From: an uncultured Prevotella sp.
GTDB lineage: Bacteria > Bacteroidota > Bacteroidia > Bacteroidales > Bacteroidaceae
Direction of reading: 5' to 3'
NCBI GenBank assembly: GCA_946188165.1
Contig: CAMHTW010000012.1
Location: 1,595 to 65,594 of the forward strand
Length of the DNA stretch: 64,000 nt
In this document: positions 31,001 to 40,006 of the stretch, one piece after another
Numbering within the stretch: the first letter of the stretch is position 1
Layout of the letters: each line of letters starts with the position of its first letter
Program-made: the position numbers and the translations under genes
Notes under the pieces: generated by a model
Seen by the model: only the letters and a program-made list of their open reading frames with translations
Told to the model about the DNA's origin: nothing
The model's database searches: none

Positions 31001-31412
31001 CGACGTCTATAACTATCAGCGTTCTATTTTGAATGCCGGTTCTAATTTCTACAATCAGCAGGTTGCAGAAGTCGGTCGTTGGCGCTACGAGGGACAACAG
31101 GCAGACCTGCCACGTGCAACCTTCGGAGACCCCATGGGCAACAACCGTTTCAGCGACCGCTGGATAGAGGACGGCTCGTATCTCCGTCTGAAGACCGTGC
31201 ATCTGAGCTACAAGATCCCCGTCCCTGGCTCATGGACCTGGCTGCAGGGTGTCACCGTCTGGGTAGAAGGACAGAACCTGCTGACCTTCAGCAAGTATAA
31301 GGGCAGCGACCCCGAATTTTCTATCGGCACCAGTCCTTTCTATCAGGGCATCGACTGCGGCAACATCCCGCAGAGCCGTATGCTTACCGGTGGTGTGAAG
31401 ATTAACTTGTAA
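28089..31412 (+). CDS. susC: Second SusC/RagA TonB-dependent transporter
   Basis: DVEKVTVLKNATALYGARGANGVILIETKRG; IQWESTKKFNIG; FVDLNDDGKINDKDKTIIGNPNPD; NNRFSDRWIEDGSYLRLK. Confidence 0.95.
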   Translation: MKMKHAIYYLLQNAGQRLAFCLLAVTMCTIPALAQDDFEEVETTIKQPKRTEKVVQYETITIKGTVTDLATKKPLAGVQLQALGYIRYTAMTGEDGTFSIKVPTFATALYVHSPQYIPQQVAIVAGDASQQLDIRMLSDKFQSMYGTGTDYTAKAEARINRFGVSVDNEITSKLGGDVHSVMRSGALDGGASMFIRGLNSITSDAQPLVVVDGIELDMQRDRYSLHSGQYNNLLANIAPDDVEKVTVLKNATALYGARGANGVILIETKRGHSMATRIDANISVGAIFVPRKLTMMNASQYRTYATEMLGTVDGITDRVIVFRFLNDDPDGYYYHMYHNDTDWSDYVYKTAMTQNYSINVQGGDDIGMYNLSVGYVDAKYAAKKNSFDRMNVRFNTDINILWNLKTKFDISISRTNNEVLDNGMPADFSQGTVVSPTALALIKSPLVAPYQYNKLLNNGQGAFSSLFAGADDLFYQLYYNHAYDLANPVSILDRAVGDNKNKAENTYFNVRVEPVYNITNSLKLTAMVSYTLNRNSQRYFRPYNDVPSFNIAGVGRVYAKTQSMFAKENNIVGKLQLDWNKQFGQHTIAAYAGARYNAFTYDNNDVSVDATGETSDKNPSLGWNGFRNIQGANDEWKQIQWYGNVDYNYMNRYFATVSLMGEANSRFGKNADGLKLFGVKWALFPSIQLGWVMTNESWFPKTRLVNYLRLNAGFDVSGNDGISNYAARTSYTTVRYNAAAIGTQLTNVGNDEIQWESTKKFNIGLQSYLLDNRLGVKFDYFFHKTDNLLTLKSFSNPIGGINRYWSNGGALENSGFEAAVTGKPIVSKDWNLEVGVSLGHYKNKVTSLPDGDFTTSVYGDQNILTSVGNPVAMFYGYKTSGVFADDASARVGKVSADNPEGYLYMTDAAGNKNFFKAGDMRFVDLNDDGKINDKDKTIIGNPNPDLYGNIFATLSWKDLTLSVGFNYSLGNDVYNYQRSILNAGSNFYNQQVAEVGRWRYEGQQADLPRATFGDPMGNNRFSDRWIEDGSYLRLKTVHLSYKIPVPGSWTWLQGVTVWVEGQNLLTFSKYKGSDPEFSIGTSPFYQGIDCGNIPQSRMLTGGVKINL

Positions 31413-31442
31413 TTGAACATTTTGAAAAATATTTTGACTATT

Positions 31443-33347
31443 ATGATTACCAAAGTAAAACATATCATCTGTGCCCTCTGCGTTGTCTGTGGCTCGATGT
31501 CCTGCTCAGATATGCTGGATGCAGAGAGTACACGTCAGAACATAGAACCCTCGATAAGCTCCAAGACCGACTCTGTGTTCTATGCTTTCGGCATCCTGCA
31601 GGCTATGCAACAGGTTGCTGACCAATACGTCTTCCAAGGAGAGATGCGTGGCGAACTGGTCAAGACGACCCCGTATACCGACAACAACCTGCGCCAGCTG
31701 GCCAATTTCACCGCCGACACAAGCAACAAGTACGACTCGGCATACGTTTACTATCGCCTGATTAACAACTGTAACTATTATATTGCCTATTGCGATACGG
31801 CACAGTATAACGGTTCAACAAATGTGGTCATCGACAAGTATATTGCAACCCACGCCATACGTGCCTGGGCCTATCTGCAGCTGACACGCAACTATGGCAA
31901 GGTACCGTTCTTTACCGAGCCTTTGACCGAAATCTCGCAGATTAACCGAGACTATCCCGAGCTGACACTTGAAGAAATCGTCGCACAGCTTTCGCCCGAA
32001 TTGGAAAAGTATGCCGCACGCCGCTATCCTGTTCCCTCATTAGGTCCTGTAAATTCTGTTCTGACAGTTGGCTCCCCCAACTGGGAAAGCCAGAATAAGG
32101 CAATTTCGATAAGCCGTTGTTTCATTCCACTCGACGTGGTGCTGGGCGACATGTATCTGGAAACGGGACAATACGACGCTGCCGCACGCCATTTCGTCAC
32201 CTACCTGAGCCGTCTCGCTGATCAGACCACCACCAACTATCTGGCACCATTGGCATCGAAGAACCTCAGCACAGGGCGTTTCGGACAGCAGGACGACGAT
32301 GATCTGCCCGACAGAAACCTGATCAGTCGCGGATCGGTTCGCGGCAACGAATGGTCCATCATCTTCGGTCGTAACAATATTAACGACATCATTAGCTACA
32401 TCCCGATGGCCTCTACCTCACAGAATGGTCAGACCACTGAGGTGCCCCTTGTCTTCGGTTTTGACTATTATGCCACCCCCGAGGAAAAGTCGCGCAGCGG
32501 AGCCCCCTACATCGACCAAATCCAGCTGCTCCCGTCCGATGCACTTAACCTGCTGTCTGACTCCACAGAGTACTATTATTACGTCAGTCATGGCACCAGC
32601 CAAATCGACCTCTACGACAGTATCAACATAGCCAAGTGCGGCGACATGCGTCTGCGTAGCATCCTTCATCAGGAGGCCAGTGGCGACTCCACATTGCAGT
32701 GGATTGACAAGTACAAGTTCGCCAATATCGTTCTATATCGCGTCAGCACCATTTGGCTGCGCCTGGCAGAATGCTTCAACCGTTTGGAAATGCCCGATGT
32801 CGCCTTTGCCATTCTGAAGGACGGTATCAACGAGCTGATGACCATGACGTATGCTGACGGCAGCTATGTTATGGACTATGTCAGCAACGCCAGCCGCGAA
32901 CAGCTGCGTACCACCTATCCGCTGCTGTCCGACGAGTTCTCTGACCGTTTCAATTATCAAATGATATCAGGTATCCATACTCATGGTGCAGGTCGCGCTG
33001 CCAGCGATTTTGCTAACGGAACGGGCACTGGTGGTAATGTTTATCATTATGGCAGTTCTCCCTATCAGTACGATCGTATCATCGGTATGAAATTGAAGGA
33101 AATACCCGAGTTCAAAGCCGACAATGCCACAAAACAGGATACCATCAATGCCGTTGAGGACCTGATTTGCGACGAGTATGCATTGGAATTTGCCTTCGAA
33201 GGTTGCCGCTATTACGACCTAATGCGCATTGCCGGACACAAGAACCGTCAGAGCCCCTATGGTGCAAACTATGGCGATACATGGTTAACCCGTAAGCTGG
33301 GCTACAAGGGTTGGACCCCTGCAAACAAGTATTTGCCATTTAAGTAA
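31443..33347 (+). CDS. susD: Second SusD/RagB lipoprotein
   Basis: Lipobox SMSC-SDMLD; YRLINNCNYYI, IRAWAYLQLTRNYGKVPF, YRVSTIWLRLAE, EYALEFAFEGCRYYDLMR. ATG 31443 preferred over TTG 31413. Confidence 0.9.
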   Translation: MITKVKHIICALCVVCGSMSCSDMLDAESTRQNIEPSISSKTDSVFYAFGILQAMQQVADQYVFQGEMRGELVKTTPYTDNNLRQLANFTADTSNKYDSAYVYYRLINNCNYYIAYCDTAQYNGSTNVVIDKYIATHAIRAWAYLQLTRNYGKVPFFTEPLTEISQINRDYPELTLEEIVAQLSPELEKYAARRYPVPSLGPVNSVLTVGSPNWESQNKAISISRCFIPLDVVLGDMYLETGQYDAAARHFVTYLSRLADQTTTNYLAPLASKNLSTGRFGQQDDDDLPDRNLISRGSVRGNEWSIIFGRNNINDIISYIPMASTSQNGQTTEVPLVFGFDYYATPEEKSRSGAPYIDQIQLLPSDALNLLSDSTEYYYYVSHGTSQIDLYDSINIAKCGDMRLRSILHQEASGDSTLQWIDKYKFANIVLYRVSTIWLRLAECFNRLEMPDVAFAILKDGINELMTMTYADGSYVMDYVSNASREQLRTTYPLLSDEFSDRFNYQMISGIHTHGAGRAASDFANGTGTGGNVYHYGSSPYQYDRIIGMKLKEIPEFKADNATKQDTINAVEDLICDEYALEFAFEGCRYYDLMRIAGHKNRQSPYGANYGDTWLTRKLGYKGWTPANKYLPFK

Positions 33348-33367
33348 TGGCGTAAACGCAAGCAACG

Positions 33368-33400
33368 GGGCGGGTGTGTCACACGACATGCCCGCCTTTT
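33368..33400 (+). terminator. Rho-independent terminator of the SusCD operon
   Basis: GGCGGGTGTGTC-acac-GACATGCCCGCC followed by TTTT. Confidence 0.8.
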
Positions 33401-33574
33401 GGTTTTGTTTCCTGACTTCGGCGATGCATCACCATCAGTCATAGCGACTGCCAATTCAGAAAGGTGTAGTACGAAATGCGCATTTTTCGCAATGCCATTC
33501 CGTTAGCGGTCTTGTTGATGAGGCCTTTGCGGTTGAAAGTTGTCTTTTTCGTTTAGTTTTTATGAGGTTCAACA

Positions 33575-35719
33575 TCATTTTTGCGAATGGGGGCGCCGTT
33601 CATCTGAACGGAGGCTGACCACCATCCGCTGATCGGGATTTACCACTACATCTTTCTGCCCGATAATGAGTTTGCCTGGACCGCAGCCCTTAGAATCTAT
33701 GGTTATTTGCTTGCTGGTCATCTCAATATGTATATTCCCACGAGGAGTAGGAACATCGCCTTTCATCCATTTCAGATCACCAAGACAGGGACGGCACTCC
33801 CATTCGGCATAGCCAGGCTTTGTAGGACGTACACCAAGATAGTATTTGCCTAACAGATAGACTGGCGATGCTCCCCAAGCATGACAGAGCGACTTACCGT
33901 AGCGGTTGCCGTACATGGCAAGACGCTGCGGATAGCCCTCCTTTGGGTCGAACGTTTCCCAGAACGTAGTAGCACCTTGTGCCAACATACCTCCCCAGTA
34001 GCTGCGCATCTCGTCCATCACCTGCTTCTGCTGGCCCAACGCACAGAGGGCCTCCAGTTCGTAGAAGCGCATGTAGGGAGTGCTTATTTTCATAACTGAG
34101 TCGTTTTGCAGCACGTTCTTCAACACACTCTGGCGTTGCGACTCATCGAGCATATCGTACAGTACAGCAAACATATTGGCATAACGGGTGACCTCATCCT
34201 GCAACTGGCCGTCCTTCGTGTGATGCATCACCGCCCCCCTTTCTGCATTCCAGAACGTAGGAATAATCAGCTTCGAAAGTTGCTTTGCCTGTTCACCGTA
34301 ACGCTCTGCATCACCTGTATTTTCTACCAACTCAGCACACTGTTGCATTGTCTGGAGCGAGCGCAGATACACCAGTTGTTCAAAAGCCAATTCGCCATCC
34401 TTCGACATTTTGCGTGGCGACCAATCGACAAACACCCAGTCGCCATGCCTGCCTTCCACCATCCCTCGCGAATTGAGTCGTCCCTGCACATATTCCATCA
34501 GGGAAACCATCCGGGGGTAAATCTGACGCACGAAATACTTGTCGCCCGTATATAGATAATAATCATAAATGGAGTTGAACCAGAAGAACGTGTAGTCGAG
34601 AATAGTATTTATATGTTGCCTCACAGGATCTTTGCCTCGCAGAGCCCAGATTGTACGCTTCACTACAGGCGTATCGAAGAAAGCATAGTAATTCATCAGA
34701 TACGACTGGATGGCATCACCGCTCCACATCCAGCGGTCGCGCTTTATCCCCTCAATCATCACCTCGCGGTCTGTCAGGTGCAATGTATAGGCACCGACTT
34801 GCCAGATGCGGTTAAGCAGCGTATCACTGCACTCGAAGGAGCCACGCCATGCTACATCCTTCATCTCCGACTGCATCGTAACACTCTCCACCGAAACGTC
34901 ACCCTTGCATTCCACCAGCGCATAGCGCATGGCACGGCTGCAGGCAAGACGATAGTCATCTGTCCGCCGGGATACAGTTAAAGTAGAAAGGTCTGTAATA
35001 CTATCTGTTGTAAACGCCACTTCATCTGTAAGGTATGAATATTTCTTATCGCGTGCCTCATCTGGACTTTCTCCATAATAGACGCAGACGCGTCCATTGC
35101 CCTTCACTCCGTTCAGTTGCAGATACCCGATTCTCTCACGCTGCCATTCGGCGAAGAGTTCCTTTCCTTCCTTACTTTCGCGTATTGGCTCTACTGGAGT
35201 TACGGAAAGATGATAGGCAGAAGGCAATTGTTGAGATGTAGCAAAAGTAGCATTTCCGTCAGCCTCTGTCCACGTATCCGCCTTTACAGGAACTGCATAG
35301 TTTGTCACGGTCCAAGTGGTGTCGCTCACTACCGTCTTTCCTCTCAGCCACAGGGCCGGCACCTTCTCCTTGTTGTGTACGGCAATATGCAGTGTGTGCT
35401 TGCCTTTCGGAACACGAAACTTCTCGGGCATGCCGAACACATAGCCATGATTATCTATTTTGATGCCGTACTGTCCATCGGTCCTGATTTCCATATCCTC
35501 AGCCTCGGCGAGTTCCACCGTCTTCACATACTCCACGGTCTGTTCATGGCTGTCGGCACGCCAGAAGGCCGGATAGAACGAACCACGCTCGGTGCGCAGA
35601 TTGTTGATTTTGTTACCCATCCAAATATCCAAATCGCCAGGATACCATATCCACGACTGGGCTGCCACCTGCATAGTCATTGCAACGACAGTAAATAGGA
35701 GAAGAATCTTAGTTTTCAT
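33575..35719 (-). CDS. GH78 alpha-L-rhamnosidase
   Basis: GSFECSDTLLNRIWQVGAYT, EGIKRDRWMWSGD, FVDW, GATTFWE, SLCHAWGASP, GDVPTPRGNI; signal peptide, no CTD. Confidence 0.88.
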   Translation of the reverse strand: MKTKILLLFTVVAMTMQVAAQSWIWYPGDLDIWMGNKINNLRTERGSFYPAFWRADSHEQTVEYVKTVELAEAEDMEIRTDGQYGIKIDNHGYVFGMPEKFRVPKGKHTLHIAVHNKEKVPALWLRGKTVVSDTTWTVTNYAVPVKADTWTEADGNATFATSQQLPSAYHLSVTPVEPIRESKEGKELFAEWQRERIGYLQLNGVKGNGRVCVYYGESPDEARDKKYSYLTDEVAFTTDSITDLSTLTVSRRTDDYRLACSRAMRYALVECKGDVSVESVTMQSEMKDVAWRGSFECSDTLLNRIWQVGAYTLHLTDREVMIEGIKRDRWMWSGDAIQSYLMNYYAFFDTPVVKRTIWALRGKDPVRQHINTILDYTFFWFNSIYDYYLYTGDKYFVRQIYPRMVSLMEYVQGRLNSRGMVEGRHGDWVFVDWSPRKMSKDGELAFEQLVYLRSLQTMQQCAELVENTGDAERYGEQAKQLSKLIIPTFWNAERGAVMHHTKDGQLQDEVTRYANMFAVLYDMLDESQRQSVLKNVLQNDSVMKISTPYMRFYELEALCALGQQKQVMDEMRSYWGGMLAQGATTFWETFDPKEGYPQRLAMYGNRYGKSLCHAWGASPVYLLGKYYLGVRPTKPGYAEWECRPCLGDLKWMKGDVPTPRGNIHIEMTSKQITIDSKGCGPGKLIIGQKDVVVNPDQRMVVSLRSDERRPHSQK

Positions 35720-35730
35720 GAAAGTATGTT

Positions 35731-38187
35731 TTATTTGGTTTCTACTGACATGTAATCCACATCGGGCATTCGTTCATGGTCATTGTGCACTCTCACCGTG
35801 TTTCGTCCTTTCTTCAGCTCTGCCACGACCGTCTGTTGACCGTTGGTGTCGTAGCTGAGCGAACCGACAGTCCGCCCGTTCACATCCACATGCAACGTGC
35901 GAGGCTCATCGGTCAGAGCGGCGATGTGTAGGGCATAGTAACCGTCTTTTTCTACATACACGTCATGCCAGATTAAATCGTTTGTTGCCCGTCCGCCAAG
36001 CCATGACGCCTTTACGCCTCCACTGCAAAGGCTATCCTGTTCATAGATTGCAGTCATATAAGCCCGGTTGTTGTTCAACTCGTGATAATCTGTAAGAAAT
36101 GCCGTCTCGGCCTCATACAGTCTGCGTTGCAGGCGACGACCTTTGGCGATAAACACCCGAGTAGCGTGCGCCGGAAGCGTAATGGTCCTGCTACCACCTT
36201 CAAGATCTAAAATTCTGTAGTCTATCGTCATCGTCTGCTCCTTGTCGGAGAGATTAACAAGTGCCACTGCCCGTTCCTTGCCATGCAGTCGTTTCATGTC
36301 TTTCACCAACACGTAGCAGTCGCCTTGTCGCTTGGCAACGTAGGCTTGCAAGTGAAGCGGATCCTGGTTTATTGCGATGAGTTGTTTGTCGGTGAGCAGA
36401 CGCAGGGTCTCGGGTTTTATCTTCGTCAAGTCGCAACCGATGAGCAGAGGCGAAGACATCATGCACCATACGGCGAAGTGGGTGTGGTCCTCCTCTTCAC
36501 TCATACCACGCCCCACTTCGAGCATGTCCATGTCGTTGTAGTGACCGTCGCGACAATAGGCTGAGAGATAGAGGTTCTGCTCGATGATGTCCTTCACAGA
36601 TGACCAGCGCGGACGGATATCCTGTGACATACGCCAAGATGAAGCAACTTTGGCAGCCCAAGTACCAGGGAAATTCCAACGACAGATGTTCAGCCGTACA
36701 TCCTTACGCCCTGTATGCCGAATAGCCTCGGCAATCTCCGTATAGCGCTGCTGTTCGTCGAGTGAGAGTGTGTCGCCTTTAGGATGCGGTCTGCCGCCGC
36801 AATAATCTACTTTGATGAAGTCGAAGCCCAGTTCGCGGAAGAAGTAGTTGCAGTCCTGTTGGTCATGCCCGTATAGCCCCACCCCGACACCGATGGTGTC
36901 GGCATCGTAGATGCTACCGCAGGTATTTCGTCCTGCATCACTATAGATACCAGCTTTCAGCCCCAGTTTGTGTATATGCTCCACTACAGGTCTCAGTCCA
37001 TGTGGGAAACGTGTAGGGTGAATCAGCAGATGTCCCGTCTGTTGGTCACGTCCTCCGAAGTAACCGTCATCGATGTTTACGTATTTGTAGCCCACCTTCT
37101 TAAGACCCATCGCTTCCATTGCGTCGGCTTGCCGGATAATGAGTGAGTCGCTGATATCCACACGATAGGTGTTCCATGAGCTCCAGCCCATCGTGGGCCG
37201 CTCGGTCGGGGATGCTGCCACCTTTAACAAGATTGTTCCATCAGTTGGCTGGAAGTCCACCATCTGTAAACCATTCTTCTGATATACGTGCAGTTTATGA
37301 CCATTCTGCTTAGCCAATCGGACGGAAGAGCCAGTGATAATCAACGTCAGAGGTTGGTGATAGGTGTTAGGGCAAAGAGTGCTCACGGGGCATATTTCCA
37401 CATGGTCGTCCTTTTGATTAACTCGCAACTCAATGTTGTCGCGTTCACAGATGTATGCCGCCACCTCGCTGAACGGAGCCACCCACAAGTTGTTCTGACA
37501 AGCTACCACATAGTCCAGAAAGCTCCAAAGAATTTGAGGGTCAGTGAAGTGGTCATAACCTGTGGTGATTCCATGAGTCATGCCTATACCCCATTTCCGT
37601 TTTTCAACTAATCCGTCAACCCATTGACGGAGCCACAGTGTGTCGCGCTTTGAACCAATACTGGTCTGAAACGTACGGCTGCCTACTCTGTTACGTTCAC
37701 AAAAGGCAATAGTGACACTGTCTTTCTGATTGCCAGGATAGAAATAACTCATCGGAAAACGACCTGTATGCATCATAATGATGCTATCGTTGTGTTGCAC
37801 CTCATAGCGCAGTTGTTCAGCAGGAAGTTTCGTTACGTTTTTGTGTTCCCATCCATGACTGCCTATCTCATGGCCATCTGCAGCTAATTGCTGTATCATC
37901 TGCCATGTCATACAGGGAGTGCCGCTGATGCCCATCGCCTTATCCTGTGACGAACGCATCATACTGCCCACCTTAGAACCGATAATGGCAAAGGTTGCAC
38001 GTAGTCCACGGCTGTTCAACTCTTGCCGAAGCAGAGTGTAATGTTCTTGCAGTCCATCGTCGAAGGTAAGGCTCAGTGCAGCCTTTCGTCCCTGATAATA
38101 GGGAGCTACCCGAACTGTCAATGGTTGAGCTGAAATACTCAGTTCAACTATTGCAAAAATGATGATGAGGAAAATCTTAACCTTCAT
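35731..38187 (-). CDS. Fusion: CE4 polysaccharide deacetylase + GH27 alpha-galactosidase + CBM35-like domain
   Basis: N-terminal LSLTFDDG and HEIGSHGWEH (NodB/CE4); then PTMGWSSWN, NIDDGY, GLKAGIYSDAG, DFIKVDYC, SSWRMSQDI, YNDMDMLEVG (GH27); C-terminal YEAETA...LKKGRNTV...PDVDY (CBM35/CBM6-like). Start placed at ATG 38187. Confidence 0.85.
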   Translation of the reverse strand: MKVKIFLIIIFAIVELSISAQPLTVRVAPYYQGRKAALSLTFDDGLQEHYTLLRQELNSRGLRATFAIIGSKVGSMMRSSQDKAMGISGTPCMTWQMIQQLAADGHEIGSHGWEHKNVTKLPAEQLRYEVQHNDSIIMMHTGRFPMSYFYPGNQKDSVTIAFCERNRVGSRTFQTSIGSKRDTLWLRQWVDGLVEKRKWGIGMTHGITTGYDHFTDPQILWSFLDYVVACQNNLWVAPFSEVAAYICERDNIELRVNQKDDHVEICPVSTLCPNTYHQPLTLIITGSSVRLAKQNGHKLHVYQKNGLQMVDFQPTDGTILLKVAASPTERPTMGWSSWNTYRVDISDSLIIRQADAMEAMGLKKVGYKYVNIDDGYFGGRDQQTGHLLIHPTRFPHGLRPVVEHIHKLGLKAGIYSDAGRNTCGSIYDADTIGVGVGLYGHDQQDCNYFFRELGFDFIKVDYCGGRPHPKGDTLSLDEQQRYTEIAEAIRHTGRKDVRLNICRWNFPGTWAAKVASSWRMSQDIRPRWSSVKDIIEQNLYLSAYCRDGHYNDMDMLEVGRGMSEEEDHTHFAVWCMMSSPLLIGCDLTKIKPETLRLLTDKQLIAINQDPLHLQAYVAKRQGDCYVLVKDMKRLHGKERAVALVNLSDKEQTMTIDYRILDLEGGSRTITLPAHATRVFIAKGRRLQRRLYEAETAFLTDYHELNNNRAYMTAIYEQDSLCSGGVKASWLGGRATNDLIWHDVYVEKDGYYALHIAALTDEPRTLHVDVNGRTVGSLSYDTNGQQTVVAELKKGRNTVRVHNDHERMPDVDYMSVETK

Positions 38188-38213
38188 TCTATGGAATATG
38201 CTGTTTACAACCA

Positions 38214-38221
38214 CAAAGGTA
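38214..38221 (-). promoter_or_regulatory. Possible internal -7 box (TACCTTTG) for the CE4-GH27 gene
   Basis: caaaggta on + strand, 26 bp upstream of ATG 38187. Confidence 0.4.
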
Positions 38222-38226
38222 CGATT

Positions 38227-39843
38227 TTATTTTATAAGAAATTTCTTTCCTTCGCAGATATATAATCCAGGAGTTTCAGGATAAAGAACAGGAGTCCCAG
38301 ACAAAGTGTAGTAGATTCGCTGTGATTCTTGAGCATTGATATTTTGAATGTCATTTACAGCAATAGGTGAAGCATCACTTACCATTATCTTATATATGAA
38401 TATTCCACCATTAATAGCACAGAACGTCATATCTTGCGGTTCTGTAAACGTATCGCGATACCACCACACATTCTTTTGGCTGGTATAGCTGGCTGTACCG
38501 CCCTGAATGCAGTCGAGAAACTGTTCACACATCGTATCGTAGGTGATGCCGCGCTCCTTCGATGCATTGGCCGTAACACTCTCAATAGTTACGTACTGAC
38601 CAGGTTTTACCTTAGGAATGATAAGATATATACCCGTTGAATATAAACCAATATTCTTTCCAGGGTCAATAGTGGCACGATTAGCGTTTGCCCTGAAGAA
38701 AAGTCCCTCTGTCTCAGGAAACTTATATCCTGTAGAAGTCTGCAGTTCGGTAGCCGTCGTCCACGAACCGCTATAACGATAGCCCCACGACTTCAGCTCT
38801 GCCCACTGCGTATCAGTCTTCAACTGATTCACCGACTCTGTGCTCCATGGCTTTGTGAAGTCCCATTCACGCTCAGCCTCCACCTCTATGTCTGTATTGG
38901 TGTCAGCCTTTGGCTTAACAGCCTCCACAGGATCGCCGTCAACGAGCTTCAGTTCCACCAGTTTGTTGTACATCTGCTTACCAAGATACTCAGTAGAGGG
39001 ACCGTCGAAATGAAGATTATCGCTGCGCAGTGTTACATCGCTCATATCTATATAATATACATTTGGCACATCGGCAGCTACCTGTAACTGTGCCTTTTCT
39101 ACCTGAGCATTATATTGGGTGGAACTGTGACAAATAGTGCCGAAAATAAACGGCAGAGTCTTGTCAGCTTCATCGCCGGTTATCTCATAGATTGCCTGAC
39201 GCATATATTCTATCATCGTCTTGAAATTCACGTAATAGCTGCTGGCAGCATTGCGGTCGCTCTCCCCCTGATGCCACATGATAGCCTTCACGTCGTAACC
39301 TCCTTCAACGGCAGCGAGAGTACCCTCAACCAGTGATGCCAACCCCTCCGTCAGATTCTTTGTCAGAGAATTATTATTCTTATATGCCTCTTGAGTAATA
39401 TCATCACCCTTATAGGCATTGTGGGTCTTTATCCATGTTGCTTCAGCATACCAGACGGGCAACTTGTCAGCAGTCACACCCGTAGCTATTGCCGTGCCGC
39501 CATAAGCACACTTGACGGCATAGAAATTGTCTTTTGAGGCCTTGTCAATCCAATAATTAGTTACATCGCAAAAAGCATAGCGACTACCAATTGCCAAAGT
39601 GCGGCTACCGAAAGTCCTTGTCGAAGGTGCACCACATATATTGGCATATTTTAAATGCGCATAAGGAGCGTATGGAGCTGTCCCCACCTTCATATACTCC
39701 GGCAGATAAACCTGGACATACTCGCGGCCGTCGGCATTCGACTGACCTGCGTAGAGAAATACTGGGGCCTTGGCCGTCTGTGCCTGCAGTGGCATTCCTA
39801 CTGTGAGGCAAAGCAGGGTGAAGATACTGAATAATTGTTTCAT
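38227..39843 (-). CDS. SASA/CE6-like (sialate/acetyl) esterase with an uncharacterised C-terminal module and T9SS CTD
   Basis: VFLYAGQSNADG, CAYGGT, AIMWHQGESD, DNLHF (SGNH SASA fold); CTD YYTLSGTPV...PGLYICEGKKFLIK. True start is MKQLFSIF at 39843, with a signal peptide and upstream promoter. Confidence 0.85.
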   Translation of the reverse strand: MKQLFSIFTLLCLTVGMPLQAQTAKAPVFLYAGQSNADGREYVQVYLPEYMKVGTAPYAPYAHLKYANICGAPSTRTFGSRTLAIGSRYAFCDVTNYWIDKASKDNFYAVKCAYGGTAIATGVTADKLPVWYAEATWIKTHNAYKGDDITQEAYKNNNSLTKNLTEGLASLVEGTLAAVEGGYDVKAIMWHQGESDRNAASSYYVNFKTMIEYMRQAIYEITGDEADKTLPFIFGTICHSSTQYNAQVEKAQLQVAADVPNVYYIDMSDVTLRSDNLHFDGPSTEYLGKQMYNKLVELKLVDGDPVEAVKPKADTNTDIEVEAEREWDFTKPWSTESVNQLKTDTQWAELKSWGYRYSGSWTTATELQTSTGYKFPETEGLFFRANANRATIDPGKNIGLYSTGIYLIIPKVKPGQYVTIESVTANASKERGITYDTMCEQFLDCIQGGTASYTSQKNVWWYRDTFTEPQDMTFCAINGGIFIYKIMVSDASPIAVNDIQNINAQESQRIYYTLSGTPVLYPETPGLYICEGKKFLIK

Positions 39844-39870
39844 ACTTGCAATAGTTTTTGTTTTACGGTG

Positions 39871-39935
39871 CAAAGATAACCACTTCGTATGGGACGGCAG
39901 CCCGAAATCGTTGTGGATGCTCCCGAATGGGTTGT
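39871..39935 (-). promoter_or_regulatory. Esterase-operon promoter (-7 TATCTTTG) with a 21-bp-spaced direct repeat CCCGAAnnnGTTGT (candidate AraC operator)
   Basis: -7 box at 39871-39878; repeats cccgaaatcgttgt (39901-39914) and cccgaatgggttgt (39922-39935). Confidence 0.6.
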
Positions 39936-39947
39936 AAAATAGGATTT

Positions 39948-40001
39948 TGCAACATTTTCGTCCTTTTTGTGCAACATTTTCAGCATTTTTTTGTATCTTT
40001 G
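39948..40001 (+). promoter_or_regulatory. Regulator promoter (-7 TATCTTTG) with direct repeat TGCAACATTTTC x2
   Basis: tgcaacattttc at 39948-39959 and 39970-39981 (22-bp period); -7 box at 39994-40001. Confidence 0.55.
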
Positions 40002-40006
40002 CATCC

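Noticed and set aside
33401-33574. 174-bp gap with palindrome AAATGCGCATTT (33474-33485); possible sRNA or cassette junction
   Set aside because: No promoter, terminal repeat or recognisable RNA family; a single 12-bp palindrome is expected by chance in 64 kb.
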